A stretch of 64,000 bases of DNA from Chrysomallon squamiferum (Eukaryota; Animalia; Mollusca). Made by a program: the position numbers and the translations under genes. The stretch is taken from the NCBI GenBank assembly GCA_012295275.1, contig CM022672.1, positions 8,680,001 to 8,744,000 on the forward strand. The letters are read 5' to 3'. How positions within the stretch are numbered: the first letter of the stretch is position 1; each line of letters opens with the position of its first letter. The notes beneath the pieces were generated by a model. It was not told the origin of the DNA and did no database searches. It saw only the letters and a program-made list of their open reading frames with translations. Shown here piece by piece: positions 13,351 through 26,187 of the stretch.

Positions 13351-14055
13351 CTGGATCCCGCTTTCCGTCGAGATTCTAGCTCGCTGTTCTATGGCGACTC
13401 GGAAAATCTGCAGGTAGCAGACGATAATGACAGCAGCAGGCGGGAAATAGAAAAGACACATTACAGTGGCAGTCACTGACGGGTTTTGATAATAAGGTTC
13501 ACAGTTGATGCCTACGTCATCGAAGTAGTACTGTCCGAAACCGAACACGACCGTGCCGTAGACGGAGAAACAGATAAACCACGTGAACGTGACGGTGACG
13601 ATGACGTTGGTGCGGGTGACGATGAGCGGGTACCTCAGCGGGTGGAAAATGGAAATGTACCTGTCGACGGCAATGAGAACGAGTGACAGGGTGGATTCGT
13701 GGAACAGACTGGATATGAACAGCGCCTGCATCTTGCACAGCGGCAGCCCGAACGGCCAGCAATGGAACAACGCCGGGTACACACACAGCGACATCACCAA
13801 CATTCCCATGCCGCAGTCCGTGCACGCCAGCGACGTCATCAGGATGCGCGTCGTATCCAGGATGAATCCCCTGGTTCGGCGAGAGGCGAGCACGACAAGG
13901 CACAGGATGTTGCCACAGATGACGAGCAAACATATGACGGCGATGACGACGGATTTGACGATGTCCTCGACGTCAGGCTGGCGTTGCTGACTGTTTTCAC
14001 ACAGCCTGTCATTGTTCAGCATACTGATGTTGTTGTAGCCGACATCATTCGACAT
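13351..14055 (-). CDS. Class A (rhodopsin-like) GPCR, first coding exon, N-terminus to ICL3 (TM1-TM5); amine-receptor-like orphan of GPR21/52/161-like character
   Basis: TM1 ICGN, TM2 SLACTD, ECL1 WPFG..C, TM3 DRY, ICL2 HPLRY, TM4 W, ECL2 Cys, TM5 FYFPP..I..CY; N-glycosylation sequon NIS; GC far above flanks. Phase-0 donor CAG|GTAATC after 13351 (alternative CAG|GTAATG after 13312). TM6-7 not located in the window. Confidence 0.93.
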
Positions 14056-14639
14056 AGGAGAAAAACACGAATATAACTATATGAAGTATCAAATTATAAG
14101 TCTTCACAAAACGTTTCTGTATTTATATCCATAATAATATTCTCTCCAAACTGTTTTGATACAGCTTTGGCTTCACATTAGTTTTAATATTAATTTTAAT
14201 CCTCAAAGTTTCTCAAAAATATTCTTCGCTGGGTTTTTTTTTTTTTTCTAATCCATATAACAATCTTCAAACTTTCGTAATGAATTTTTTCTCATTCTGA
14301 AACAACAATGCACTGCCATTTTTATTTTTTATTTTTTTATTTTTTATCTTTCAAAAATTTCTCTTAGCTAGGAAAAGTTTAATATTTGGTATCGCTATAA
14401 AGCCCTTTAAGCTCCATCTTAGAAACTATGTCTGAAGAGTATGGCACTGGAGTGCTGCCAGCTGTCTATTAAAATTGGAATACTGTAATCCGCCCAGCGA
14501 ATCTGCCCATCATAGCAGTAATAGGCCTGCGTATTCCGTCGCTTTCCAACGTAAATCACGCCTGTTTTTACTGGAGCATCAATAAAATTAATAGCGGCTA
14601 ACGACGGTTTGTCGTGTCAATGATTTCGTGTTGCAGAGT

Positions 14640-14985
14640 TTGTTGTAACCGATTGTTTGTCTTATTGTTCAGTGTAACAGTCTGGTTATCATGTTATTCA
14701 GTGTAACCATCGATTGGTTATGATATTCAGAATAACAGGTCTTTTTATCATTTTATTCAGTGTAATCAAAGGTTAGACTTTTTATTTTAGTGTAACCAAT
14801 TGTGTATCATTTTATTCAGCGTAACCAACTATTTATCATTTTATTCAGTATAATCAGTTGTTAATCATTTTATTCTGTTTAACTAATTGTTAATAACTGT
14901 TTCAGTGTAACCAGCTGTTACCATTTTATTCAGTGTAACCAGTTGTTAATCATGTTACTCAGTGTTACAAATGGTGTAACCAATT
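14640..14985. repeat. Degenerate ~29-30-bp minisatellite (TTTTATTCAGTGTAACCAGTTGTTAATCA), about 11 copies
   Basis: Repeated ttattcagtgtaacc core upstream of the GPCR ATG. Confidence 0.85.
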
Positions 14986-15194
14986 TAATGTTCTTTTTAA
15001 TTTGACAGACAGACTGTTTGCTTCAAATCAAACAAGAAACTGTTATAACAGATTCTGAGTAAAAAGCATATAAAATTGTAATAATAATAACTAAAAGATA
15101 ATAAAAGCAACAACAACAAGCATATACAATTGTAATAACAATAGCAATCAGAACAACAACAGCAGCAATAACAACAACATTAATAATAATAATA

Positions 15195-15225
<31 letters not shown>

Positions 15226-16186
15226 CGATGATGATGATGCTAATTATAATTGTAATAATAATAACAACAACAACAACAACATGACAATAACATGAATAAT
15301 ACTAATAAAAACAATAATAATAATAATGCACGTAATAAAAATTTTAATATGATGGGTCTTAAATTTGACATTTATGGAGAACGTTTTCCTGGTGTCTCTA
15401 TTGCCCTGGGATTATTGACGGACTGTCAGAACTAATAATTCTGTTTTCTTAAAACAATATAATCGTAACCTTGACAGTCAAAGAACCCAGCTCTCGTACT
15501 TGGTGCCCAGTGAACGCACGCTTGAATCTTTAGTAAAAGCATCTCTCAGAGCTGAGTGACTGACTGTACACAGGGAATATTAAACTGAAGATATAAACGA
15601 TATTGTAGTGCAGCCGACGGCGATCTCTGAATCTTGAAAAACGCCAAAAGGAAACAATTTGTATTTCTAAATTAATCCCGGAATAGATTCGATTATCCGT
15701 CTGTGAAAGTTAACCAGGAATATACAAAGGAAATAAATCTTCCTTTTCAAAACAAAAAATGAAGTCAAAAAAAAAAAAAAAAAAAAAAAAAGAATGGGTA
15801 TTCTAACAAACATCCTGCCTAATTTCGAAGTGACGCTAACGTTATTTGATACGTAGTAATACTTAGTCCCAAACAATGCTGTAAATATCATACGACTATC
15901 TCGGACATAAGAGAAAATTATATATATATATATTTTTTTTTTTTTTTAATTCTGTGGTAAAGTGCGTACTAAATCATTTTCTGTTGACCAGTGAAAATAG
16001 CTTATGGACTAGCAGGAATTTCTCTCTCATATCATCATACTACAGAAGATGTGATTTTTTTTTCTTCTGAGACTTCGTAATAACACGATAAGAAAAGTTT
16101 GAAATCACTCAAAAAAGTCTGCAGGGACCAAACATTTCTTGGAATATTAGAGTAACGTGAACATGTGGAATAATAATAATAATAAT

Positions 16187-16204
<18 letters not shown>

Positions 16205-16218
<14 letters not shown>

Positions 16219-16394
16219 CGTTAGTATAAATAAATAATATATAATATAATATGACATATAATAATCAGTATTAACGGTAATTCAAATACCTTTAGACAAC
16301 AACAACAACAATATTAGTATAAATAAATAATATAATATAATATAATATGACACATAATAATCAGTATTAATGGTAATTCAAATACCTTTAGACA
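16205..16394. repeat. Tandem duplication of ~95 bp
   Basis: ttagtataaataaataata...ataatcagtattaaYggtaattcaaatacctttagaca occurs twice back to back, each copy starting in an (AAC)n run. Confidence 0.9.
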
Positions 16395-18824
16395 TTTAGC
16401 TATTCACTGATTTGCTGATTGATGGATATGACGCAAACAAGAACAGCAACAAAATCTGAAACCAAAAACATGCGGATTATTATTAATATTAAAATAACAT
16501 TCATTCATCTCTTCGTATATCATTCATTATACATTCAAAGAGCAGACATTCTGACCTCCACTTTGGTTTAAACGAAACAGTTGATTATTTTCTTGCTGCT
16601 TCGGTAAACACGACTGATTAGCGAAACACGGTGATCGAGCAAATAGTCGCCCGTCACATCTTTTACACAAATAACGTAGTTTACGGTTTAATAGCGGTAA
16701 TAAGCACGCGGTATAAATAACCAGTTTATATAAATCCTTGCGTAGGCGGCTTAGCTTTTCTCAAATATCCTGTGCATTCTCTGTTACATCAGTTTTATCC
16801 TTGTATATTCATTTACTCCGTGACGTCACATTCAGCCCGGGTTTTCTTTTCCAGTTACATTTCGGTATCGATATAGTCAGTAAAAATAAATAAATAATGG
16901 CCAGTGGGCAAGGCCATGACATTATGAGCTCAGTCTTCACAGAGCATCTATATGGTCATTTCTTGTGACACACAGAATATTACAAAAGCTTTCATTCTCT
17001 CTCTGGGAAGGTACATACATAAAAAAAAACAAATTAAAAACAAATTTAAAAATCTCTTTCTGCTATTTAAAGAGTAGATCAGCGGGTTTCTTCTTTGCTT
17101 ACAGTTTTATGTATGTATTCGTTCTACTTATTGTTATGTATGCGGTTTTTAACTCAAAACATTTCTTCTACTACTCAGTTATAATGTTATTTATAATGAT
17201 GTACATTGTTTATTATTTTATTTTATTATATTTATTATTTTTCTTTTTTCTTTTTTTTTTTTTTTTTTTTGTTTGTGTGTGTGTGTGTGTTTTGTGTGTT
17301 TTCAAGCAAGTCAGAGGCAAATGTCCGACATGACTATGATAAATAATTATTTTTATTTATTTATTTATTTATTATTTTATTTTATTATTGTTATTTTTTA
17401 TTATTGGTTCCGTATTTTTATTTTATTTTTTTTATTTTGTGTGAATGTGTTTGTCTGTCTTTTATGCATAAAAAGAATATTTTATTATCTCCTCTTTTTT
17501 TTTTGCTTTTTTTTATTTACTTTACGCTTAAACTAATTAAAACTTAAAGAGAAATCTTCACGAGACTTTTACATTTATTTGTTAAGTAATAGTAATATAT
17601 GTTGTTAAAGAGACAAAAGTCAGTCCTTTTGCTGAAGCGTAAAAATTTGATAATAGGTCGCTTTCCTTATAAACAGTTTAATGTTTGCCTGCTGCGTTCT
17701 TCCTTGTTTCCAGTGCTAACGTAACATTTAACAAAAATATATATAATGTGTTAAACGTAGCCAATCCAGCTGAGTGAAAAAGAATAGAGAAACACTGGGT
17801 TTGAGAGAGGAAATGACAGTCAGACAATGATTTAACTTGTAATGATCATAAATGTATTTCTTGCTCAAGCTGACATAATTAGTAATAATTATTCTGCATA
17901 GCTCGTGAAAGTTTGTTAAATTTTCTAAATGTGATATGACAGAAAATCACTTGTCAGTGTAGATTCTGGCTGATTCTTCTTCACTAAAGCTATGCACAGT
18001 TTTCACAGACACGTTTGAGAAGGTCAGAATTAAATACAAGGAAAGTAACAGTGATCAAATTTATGGAGTGGCTTTCAGTAGTTTTATTTTCTGAGAAGAT
18101 TTTAATGCCAGATACTGAATCCTTGATCGTTCTGTAAACTGCTCTGAATTGGACGTTCTTTATTCCGGAGAAGAAAGAGTTAATTTCCGAACTGCAGGTA
18201 CCCGGAAACGATACGGATCTAATACTTACAGTGCTCAAGGCTGTGGGGTCGAAAACCAGCAATCACATACAGACAAACCGCTCGGACTGTCTTACATTCT
18301 GCGAAGAGCGACGATTTCACTTACTTCTGCAAGTCTTTTCGTCACGCTGTCTGACAGTTTCCGTCAAACCTCCACTTCTAAGTAAACACTTTCTTTTGTA
18401 CAGATTGATTCCACCACAGACAATCAATCTGAAATAATATATCAAAAGAAACTTCGACAGTTTCTGAAGACCCGTATCCAGTAAAGTGAAAAAATTATTT
18501 ACCTTACAAAACTGTGACTCTGACTTCAAAGCATTGTTACTGCGTCTTGTGTTTAGTGTTGACAGAATGTTATACGTCAAATCATAAACAAATAAACGTT
18601 TGATTTCATAAATGAGTGATATGATTATTATGTTTTATATATACAACACGCACATACATGCAGATACATCTATACACAGCTATTCATTTAGTACAATACG
18701 TGTGACTTTCATGAGTCAGATGTTTTTAAGTTTGTGTCCTCATTTTTTATTCTTCATTTGGTTTCATTCTGTTCATATTTTCTTTCACGTGTTTGGTTTT
18801 TATATATCTTTTTCTTCTTGTTTG

Positions 18825-18883
<59 letters not shown>

Positions 18884-19083
18884 TTAGTTCTTTACAGTTC
18901 TAATGGAAAGACAACTGTTATCCTACTTTATAGCATAAAATTATTAAAATTGACGTTCTTGATTAAATAAAATTTAAGTTGAAGATTTATAATCACCATT
19001 TTATTTTATTTTTTATTTTATTTTATTTAACTTTTCATAAAGTGGAATCGCAGAGTAAAAATAACAACAACAACAACAACAGC

Positions 19084-19146
<63 letters not shown>

Positions 19147-19404
19147 AGAATAATTTCAGCCACTGTTAGCATAAGACTGAGTTTTACATTCGCAAAAAGT
19201 CACATAAGACTGAGTGTGTTAAATATGAAAATGTTCTGACGTTTGATTAGGTTACCGTCAATAATTTTTATTTTTATTTTTTTTTTTTTTTTTTTTAAAT
19301 TATTTACTTAATTTACCAAATACCGAAGAGAATTTCTTGCAATATGAACCGTACATTACTCATCCACTGGAGTAATAAAGCAGTAAATAACTGAATACTT
19401 GAAC

Positions 19405-19547
19405 TATTTTGCTGATCCCTTCCGGTTCGAATCTATTTCGACAAGAGTTCCGAATGTTCTGGCATTTCTAACATGAAGAAATTTAAAGAACATACCTTCT
19501 TTTGTTAGGTTTTATATATATATATATTGTTTTGTTTTGCTGTTGTT

Positions 19548-19581
<34 letters not shown>

Positions 19582-19623
19582 CACTCTTAGTTTTAATTCA
19601 ATGGATACAAATGCTGGAACTTT

Positions 19624-19682
<59 letters not shown>

Positions 19683-20870
19683 ATTATTTTATTTTATTAT
19701 ATTTTATTTTATTGTATTTTATTTTATTTTATTTTATTTTATTTTATTTTTTTTTTTTTTTTTTTAATTATTAATAAGTATCGCTCGGACACTATTCATT
19801 AACTGTCAAGGGAAGCTATTCCTGTTTTACTATTAACTCTTACAGAAAACAAGAGTTGTCTCCCATGGACCATAAATAATGATGGTAATATCAACACGAC
19901 AAATTTAAAACTAAATTCAGCATTAATTTTTCTAACAAAATTAAACTGAAACTATGATATAATCTTATCAAATTTATGTTTATTTTTATTTTAAAATTTT
20001 AAATAAACATTTATTTATTCAGTATGGTGTCAAATATTTTGCAGATTTTTTCTGGTTCAAATTTATTTCAAAACAAACAACAGTATTCATTCAAACCTAA
20101 GTTGACATTCCAAAATGAAACTGTTCCGCCAATCTGAAATTTATTTTTATTTTTATTTTATTTTATTTATTATTATTTTTATTTTATTTTTTTTTTTTTT
20201 TGATGTTGGTGGGTTTGTTTTAATTTTTTTTTTTTTTTTTTTTTTTTTTTATTTATTTATTTATTTTTTATTTTATTTTATGATTCATTTTCATTTTTAT
20301 TCTTGTTTTTATTTTCATTTTATTTTTTATTTTATTTTATTTTTTTTATTTTTTTTAAATTATTAATAAGTATCGCTCGGACACTATTTATTAACCGTCA
20401 AGGGAAGCTATTCCTGTTTTACTATTAACTCTACAGAAAACAAGAGTTGTCTCCCATGGACCATAAATCATGATGATAATATCAACATGACAAATTTAGA
20501 AGGAAATTGAGCATTAATTTTTCTCACAAATATTATTGCTTGAATATGATATAATCTTATCAAAGTTTACTGTTGTTCCAGGCATTTCAAAATCAAAAAT
20601 GTAAACAGACGATGCCAGCTCGCTGTCAAATGGCAACCAGGTTTCTGCTGGATGGGATGTATAAAAACAAACAACAACATATTCATTCAAACCTAAGCTG
20701 ACTTTTTAAAATGAAACTGTTCCTGCCAATCTGAAATTTATTTTTATTTTTATTTTATTTTTTATTTTTATTTTTTTTTTTTTTTTTTTTTTTTGAGTAT
20801 GGTGTGCATCTATTTTGCTGATCCCTTCTGGTTCAAATTTATTTCAACAAGACTTCTGAACATTTGTTTG
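19405..20870. repeat. Imperfect local duplications (2-3 copies of ~200-600-bp blocks)
   Basis: taataagtatcgctcggacact...ccataaat at ~19772 and ~20364; attcattcaaacctaag...aatctgaaattt at ~20085 and ~20680; tattttgctgatccctt at ~19406 and ~20811. Confidence 0.85.
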
Positions 20871-21890
20871 GTTTTTTTTCGATATGGTGTGCATCTCTGT
20901 AAGGTGTTTTGTCAGTGCAGTATGGATATTTGAGTTTTATGTTATGTGCTATATGTGTTTTCTGTTGTGCGTTATTTAGATTATGTACTTATTGTTTATG
21001 TTGTGTGTTATGTCCTGTATGTGTAACTTCTTGTGTGTGTGTATGTTTTCATGTGCAGTGTAGTGTTTGTGTTTGTGTTTGTTTTGTGTTATGTCATATA
21101 TATGTGTGTTTTGTACTTACTGTGTGGTGTGTGTGTGCTGTATGTTTTTGTGTGTATGCAGATGTTTTGTTGTTTGTGTTTGGTTTTGATCTTATCTATC
21201 ATTTGTATCTGTGTTTTTATTTATTTTTTATTTTTTTCGATATGGTGTTATATGGTGTTTTGTCAGTGCAGTATGGATATTTGAGTTTTATGTTATGTGT
21301 GTATGTGTTTTCTGTTGTGTATTTAGATGTTGTTGTTGTTTTGTTGTGTGTGTTATTTTATGTGACTGATTTGTGTGATTTCTGTCAGTGTATGTTTTGT
21401 TTGTGTTTTTTTGTGTTATGTCATATATTTTTTTTGTTATGTGTGTGTATGTTATATGTTTTTTTTTGATGTGTTGTTGTTGTGTGTATTTTTAACAACT
21501 GTTTTAGTCTCTGTCATGTTTATGTCTGTGTTTTTTGACTGTATTTTATATTTTGTTTGATGTGTTGTGTGTGTCATTGTTCTTTTTGTGATGTTTATGG
21601 CTGTGTTTTGTTCTTTATTTTTTGTATTATGTCTGTGCTTTTTGTGAACTGTATATATATGCTGTGGTATGTTTTCATTCTTTGTTTGATAGTGGTCTTG
21701 TGTATTTATGTATTCTGTGTGTATTTTTCCTGTTTGTCTGATTTGGGTGATTTATGTATTCTGTGTTATGTGGTGCCTGTTTTTAAATTTGATGTCTCAT
21801 GTGTTGTGTCCCATGGCCTGTGTACTGTGTGTTGTGTGTGTTTTATTTATTTGTGTTGTTGTGCATGTTATGTGTTAGACCAAACAGGCA
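20871..21890. other. TG/T-rich low-complexity block, probably a low-quality read or assembly artefact
   Basis: Extreme T+G strand skew with no periodic unit; an internal noisy repeat (gatatggtgt...gtcagtgcagtatggatatttgagttttatgttatgtg at ~20881 and ~21239); abrupt boundaries. Confidence 0.6.
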
Positions 21891-23059
21891 GTATGTAATT
21901 AACTGCTTTAGTAGTAGTGACAGATTGTTAGTAACAATCTTAATGTAACTATTTCAGTAGTAGAGTAATTAGTGTCATCATTGCTTAACAGCAGAAGAAA
22001 TTCACTATTAATAGAACTAACTCAAACTTATAATTGTAGTTCTGACAGCCACAGCAGCAGTCATACCAGACAGATAGAGGGAACAATAGTAATAAGCTTC
22101 ATCAGATGCAGTTGTAGGTTATTCAGTAAAAGCTGAGAAAGATGATGATTATGGTGGACATGTGTTTGTGACCTTAAGATTGATTCAGTGAACTCACTAC
22201 TTATAAAATTTCCAACTGATCATTTTCTCTGCATCTTCAGTCTGAAAATGGTGAAAGTGCTGGTTGCCTGTGATTAAACTTTGAAAGAGATAAACCTTAA
22301 ATAAATTTAAAACAAAAATAATAAAATAATGGTATAACAAAAACAATGAGATGATAAATGAACATCCTTGATATAATCCATCTGTTCTGATTTATTCTGA
22401 AAGTGCCAGTATACCTATATGATGTTAACAAGCAAATTATGTTGGAGGATAAAAAGTACAATGTTGAATATAGATCATGCTATATAGATCATTGAATATA
22501 GATCATACTAAAAAGAACATTGTTAATGAATGCATTTCCATGTGCAGAGAAAATAAGGGAAATTATGACATCAGATATGTTGCCTTCAAATAATGATGAG
22601 ATAGATCTGAAGAATGAACTGGAAACAACAATTATAAGACTTCTACAAGACATCCAGACATGTATTTCAACTGTTTGTGCATTTTCATTTGCTGTTCATG
22701 TTACTGTCATCTGTTAACTGTTGGATGAATATGAAACATTAGCTGGAAGAATTCTACAGACATACAAATATATACATCAACTGTACATGCATTCTCATTT
22801 GAGCCTCATGTTATTTGTATCGATTAAATTTTATATTCTTAAACTTTGAAAATATTGTTTTAATAACTGTGAGTTCCTCAAGTATCTGTCTTAATTTACT
22901 AACATTATGACTTGTTTGTTTTATTAAAAACAATGCAAGTCTCCCATTTAAGGCCTCATATACTTCCTATGAAAGCTGAAGTTTTAAAAATAGGATTCCC
23001 AATTGTTCTCTCTTTTTAAAATAAATAAATGTAACAAAGTGATTTTTTTTAAATTTTTA

Positions 23060-23131
23060 TTTAAAAATTAAATATTTTATTGACAAGTAAAGTACAAATA
23101 CTAGGACATGTCATAAGTCTGGTGTAACAGT
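23060..23131 (-). other. EF-hand gene terminal 3'UTR exon with poly(A) signal
   Basis: Acceptor ttttcatttattttcag| before 23131; AATAAA on the minus strand at 23081-23076. The 3' end is approximate. Confidence 0.6.
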
Positions 23132-23448
23132 CTGAAAATAAATGAAAATAAATGAAGAGATGAAAGTAAATAAATTCACAGCAGTTTCTTCAATAAGTTA
23201 TTTAAGATAAATATCAAACTGCCTGTCACTAACTGAATTAAAAAAATAAAAAAAGCTTGTGACACCAATATATAGTTACTTGCATCCCATACATACTTAT
23301 AAACATACATTATATAAATAAAATAAAATAAAATAAAATAAAATAAAATTAAATTAAATTAAATTAAATTAAATTAAATTAAATAAATAAATAAATAAAT
23401 AAATAACAGAAACAATTAAATACTCCTTTAGACATACCTTTTTCCACT

Positions 23449-23484
23449 TCAAAAGAATGGAATTATCGACAGTGAATCAAGTTC
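23449..23484 (-). CDS. Secreted EF-hand protein, coding exon 5 (ELDSLSIIPFF*)
   Basis: Acceptor atttag|GAA, phase 0 matching the previous exon; TGA at 23451-23449; donor AAG|GTATGT after 23438. Confidence 0.75.
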   Translation of the reverse strand, partial: ELDSLSIIPFF

Positions 23485-23487
23485 CTA

Positions 23488-23531
<44 letters not shown>

Positions 23532-23862
23532 TGATGATGATAACAACAATAACAATAATAATAAAAATGTGATGATAATAATAGTGAATAATGATAATAA
23601 CAGCAATAATAATTATAATAGTGCTGATAATTATAAAAATAATAACAATAATAATAATAATGATCACAACAGTAACAATAACAACAACAGCAACAACAAC
23701 AACAATAATAGTGAGGATAATATAATAGTAATGATAATAATAATAATGATAATAACAGTAATAATAATAATAATAATAGTGATAATAATAACAATATTAA
23801 TAACAGAGGTAATGACAACAGAAATAATAGCAACAATAAAGACAATTAAAATAATAATAGTG
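23488..23862. repeat. Long degenerate (AAT/AAC/GAT)n low-complexity tract, intronic
   Basis: Read directly; source of the poly-I/N/L/Y ORFs. Confidence 0.9.
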
Positions 23863-23940
23863 ATTTTAAGGTAAAAGTAATTGGGCTATTTCTGTTAAAC
23901 ACAATTTTGAAAACGCATTTTTTTTTTTTCCTTTACTTAC

Positions 23941-23987
23941 TTTTACCATGAAAGCATGAAATTCTGATTTAGTTATTTCTCCATCTC
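23941..23987 (-). CDS. Secreted EF-hand protein, coding exon 4 (GDGEITKSEFHAFMVK)
   Basis: tacag|GA...AAA|gtaagt; phase 1 in, phase 0 out; completes the EF4 loop DANGDGEITKSE. Confidence 0.92.
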
Positions 23988-24033
23988 CTGTATTAAAACA
24001 AAAATATAGCAGTATAATATTAATAAAAATATC

Positions 24034-24074
<41 letters not shown>

Positions 24075-24531
24075 ACCATGAAAAATCTATTTCTGTTATT
24101 AAATAACAAAATAGTAATATCATACTTTGAGTATATAAATATACATATATGAAAAGGTAGCTTGTGTGTGTGTGTGTGTCTGTGCATACATGTACATGTG
24201 TGTGTGCGTGTGCGTGTGTGTTTTTTTTTTTTTTGTACTATATTTGTAGACATTAGTTTTTTAACCTCTTCATCACTGTTTATGGGTATTCAAATATTTA
24301 TGTTAGTGTTTGTGTTTATTAGTATGATTTTAAAGGTGTTTGTATATAAATATATGTGTAAATTAACAAAAATAATGCCCATCTGTATCAGAAAACAATA
24401 AAATATACATATGCGTATACACATATTTTTGTATATTTTATTCTGTTCTAATCAAGATGGACGCAAGTTTTGTTTCTTGCACTTCATCGAGCATTCAGTG
24501 AAATAAGATACTGGCTGTCGTATCTGCGTAC

Positions 24532-24696
24532 CGTTAGCATCGAAGAGGGCGTACATGTTGTCCAGGTTGTACTCCTTCAGCATCAGCGTGTGGTCAACAT
24601 CGAGGACTTTAAACAGACCAGCAGCAGCGCCACACAGGTGACGGTCAGCTTCGCAGAAAACATTGTAAAACTCGTGCATCGTTATTCTGTGGTCAC
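24532..24696 (-). CDS. Secreted EF-hand protein, coding exon 3 (GDHRITMHEF...LFDAN)
   Basis: ttcag|GT...AACG|gtacgc; 165 nt, phase 1-1; completes EF2 (DQNGDHRITMHE) and contains a degenerate EF3 (DVDHTLMLKEYN). Confidence 0.92.
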
Positions 24697-24757
24697 CTGA
24701 ACGTGTACATTTAATTGTTTAATATTTGTACTGTGAAATAATCAAACTGGAAGCCCT

Positions 24758-24758
<1 letters not shown>

Positions 24759-24830
<72 letters not shown>
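24759..24830. repeat. Compound (GT)n(GA)n microsatellite
   Basis: Read directly. Confidence 0.95.
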
Positions 24831-24834
<4 letters not shown>

Positions 24835-25216
24835 CGATTTACTTTTTCATCAGTATGCATTCTTATATGAAATGTACATGGTTTTGTTTTTGTTGATGTT
24901 CCTTTCGTCAACAGTAATCAGAAATTAATAACTGATTTTTGCTAATTGAGAGTGAAACTAAATTTTCAGTATTAGTTTAATTATTAATTTTTAACTTTGG
25001 TAAAATAGTTATGAATATATATATATATATGTAATAAATATATGTCCAAAAATCGTATCAGTAATTTCTAACTTTGATTCCTCTGCTGCATCAACATGGA
25101 GGTTATTTCAATGAAATCTAGTGTCAAATGTATAACTGCTAATATCCAAGATCCTAATTTAAAATCTTCATCAGCTGAATTTGTACATGTTTAGTCCCTG
25201 AGTTCTATAGACTCAC

Positions 25217-25335
25217 CATTCTGATCAAATTTTCTGAAGACAGTTCCAAGTTCCGCCTTTGAGAAAATACCATCTCTGTTAGCGTCAACAAGCGTGAACA
25301 TGTGATTGGCCTTCTGACTGCTGAGACTTAGCTGA
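25217..25335 (-). CDS. Secreted EF-hand protein, coding exon 2 (QLSLSSQKANHMFTLVDANRDGIFSKAELGTVFRKFDQN)
   Basis: tatag|T...AATG|gtgagt; 119 nt, phase 2-1; canonical EF1 loop DANRDGIFSKAE. Absent from the ORF track. Confidence 0.92.
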
Positions 25336-25336
25336 C

Positions 25337-25387
<51 letters not shown>

Positions 25388-25580
25388 GATATAATAATAA
25401 TTATGTTATAATAATAATTATGTTATAATAATAACGATATAATAATAGTAATAATAATAATAATAATGTTATAATAATAACCATATAATAGTAATAATAA
25501 TACAAATTCAGTCAATTAGTCAACACTAAATAATTAATTAAATAATTAGTTAATTATTAATAATAAATAGTAAATCATAA

Positions 25581-25611
<31 letters not shown>

Positions 25612-26076
25612 ATTCTATGATTAGTTTTCTTCTGCCACAGACTTCTTGGCCCAAAATGAATGGGCCTAAGTTTTAACTGGATATACACTTACACACTTAG
25701 ATTTGTAAATATCTGTCGATTTTAACCAAGAAACAAAATTAGTTTTATGTTTCACTAGTTTTAAAGATTACGTTTATACCACAAGTTAAAATGTTATTGA
25801 TTTGTCAACAAATTGTAAAAACAAAATAATAATTTTTTGTGATTTTTTTTTTTTAGGAAATGTGACAATGAAAATCGCTGATATTAGTAGTTAACAATGG
25901 ATTTCTAGTTTGATCATGACGAATGCTAATTAAGTATTCTAAATAGTAACTAAGTAAATAAATAAATAAATAATAATAACAATAATAATAATGCATAATT
26001 TTGAAGAAAAACAAAACAAACAGTAAAAACAAAACAAAAAAACCCCCAAAAAATATTTAAATAAATAAATAAATAA

Positions 26077-26122
<46 letters not shown>

Positions 26123-26187
26123 GTAAGTGAGTAAGTAAGTAAGTAAGTAAATAAGTAAGAATTAAAAATAACTGACTGATTACGTAC

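Noticed and set aside
13486-14076. Four ORFs overlapping the GPCR exon (13486+, 13517-, 13583+, 13699+)
   Set aside because: Shadow frames expected from GC-rich codon usage; no motifs of their own.
14640-14985. ~30-bp repeats, and those at 51475-51905 and 60915-61685, as a CRISPR-like array
   Set aside because: Degenerate head-to-tail units without unique spacers, no cas genes, eukaryotic context.
17990-18580. Cluster of short ORFs in a CpG-rich patch
   Set aside because: No recognisable domain. It might be a GPCR 5' non-coding exon or promoter (GTAAGT donors near 18324 and 18229), but this cannot be supported.
20909-21898. Cys/Val-rich ORFs up to 186 aa
   Set aside because: Translations of TG-rich low-complexity, probably artefactual sequence.
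22520-22717. Helical-looking 65-aa plus-strand ORF
   Set aside because: No motif or convincing donor, and it overlaps a diverged local duplication.
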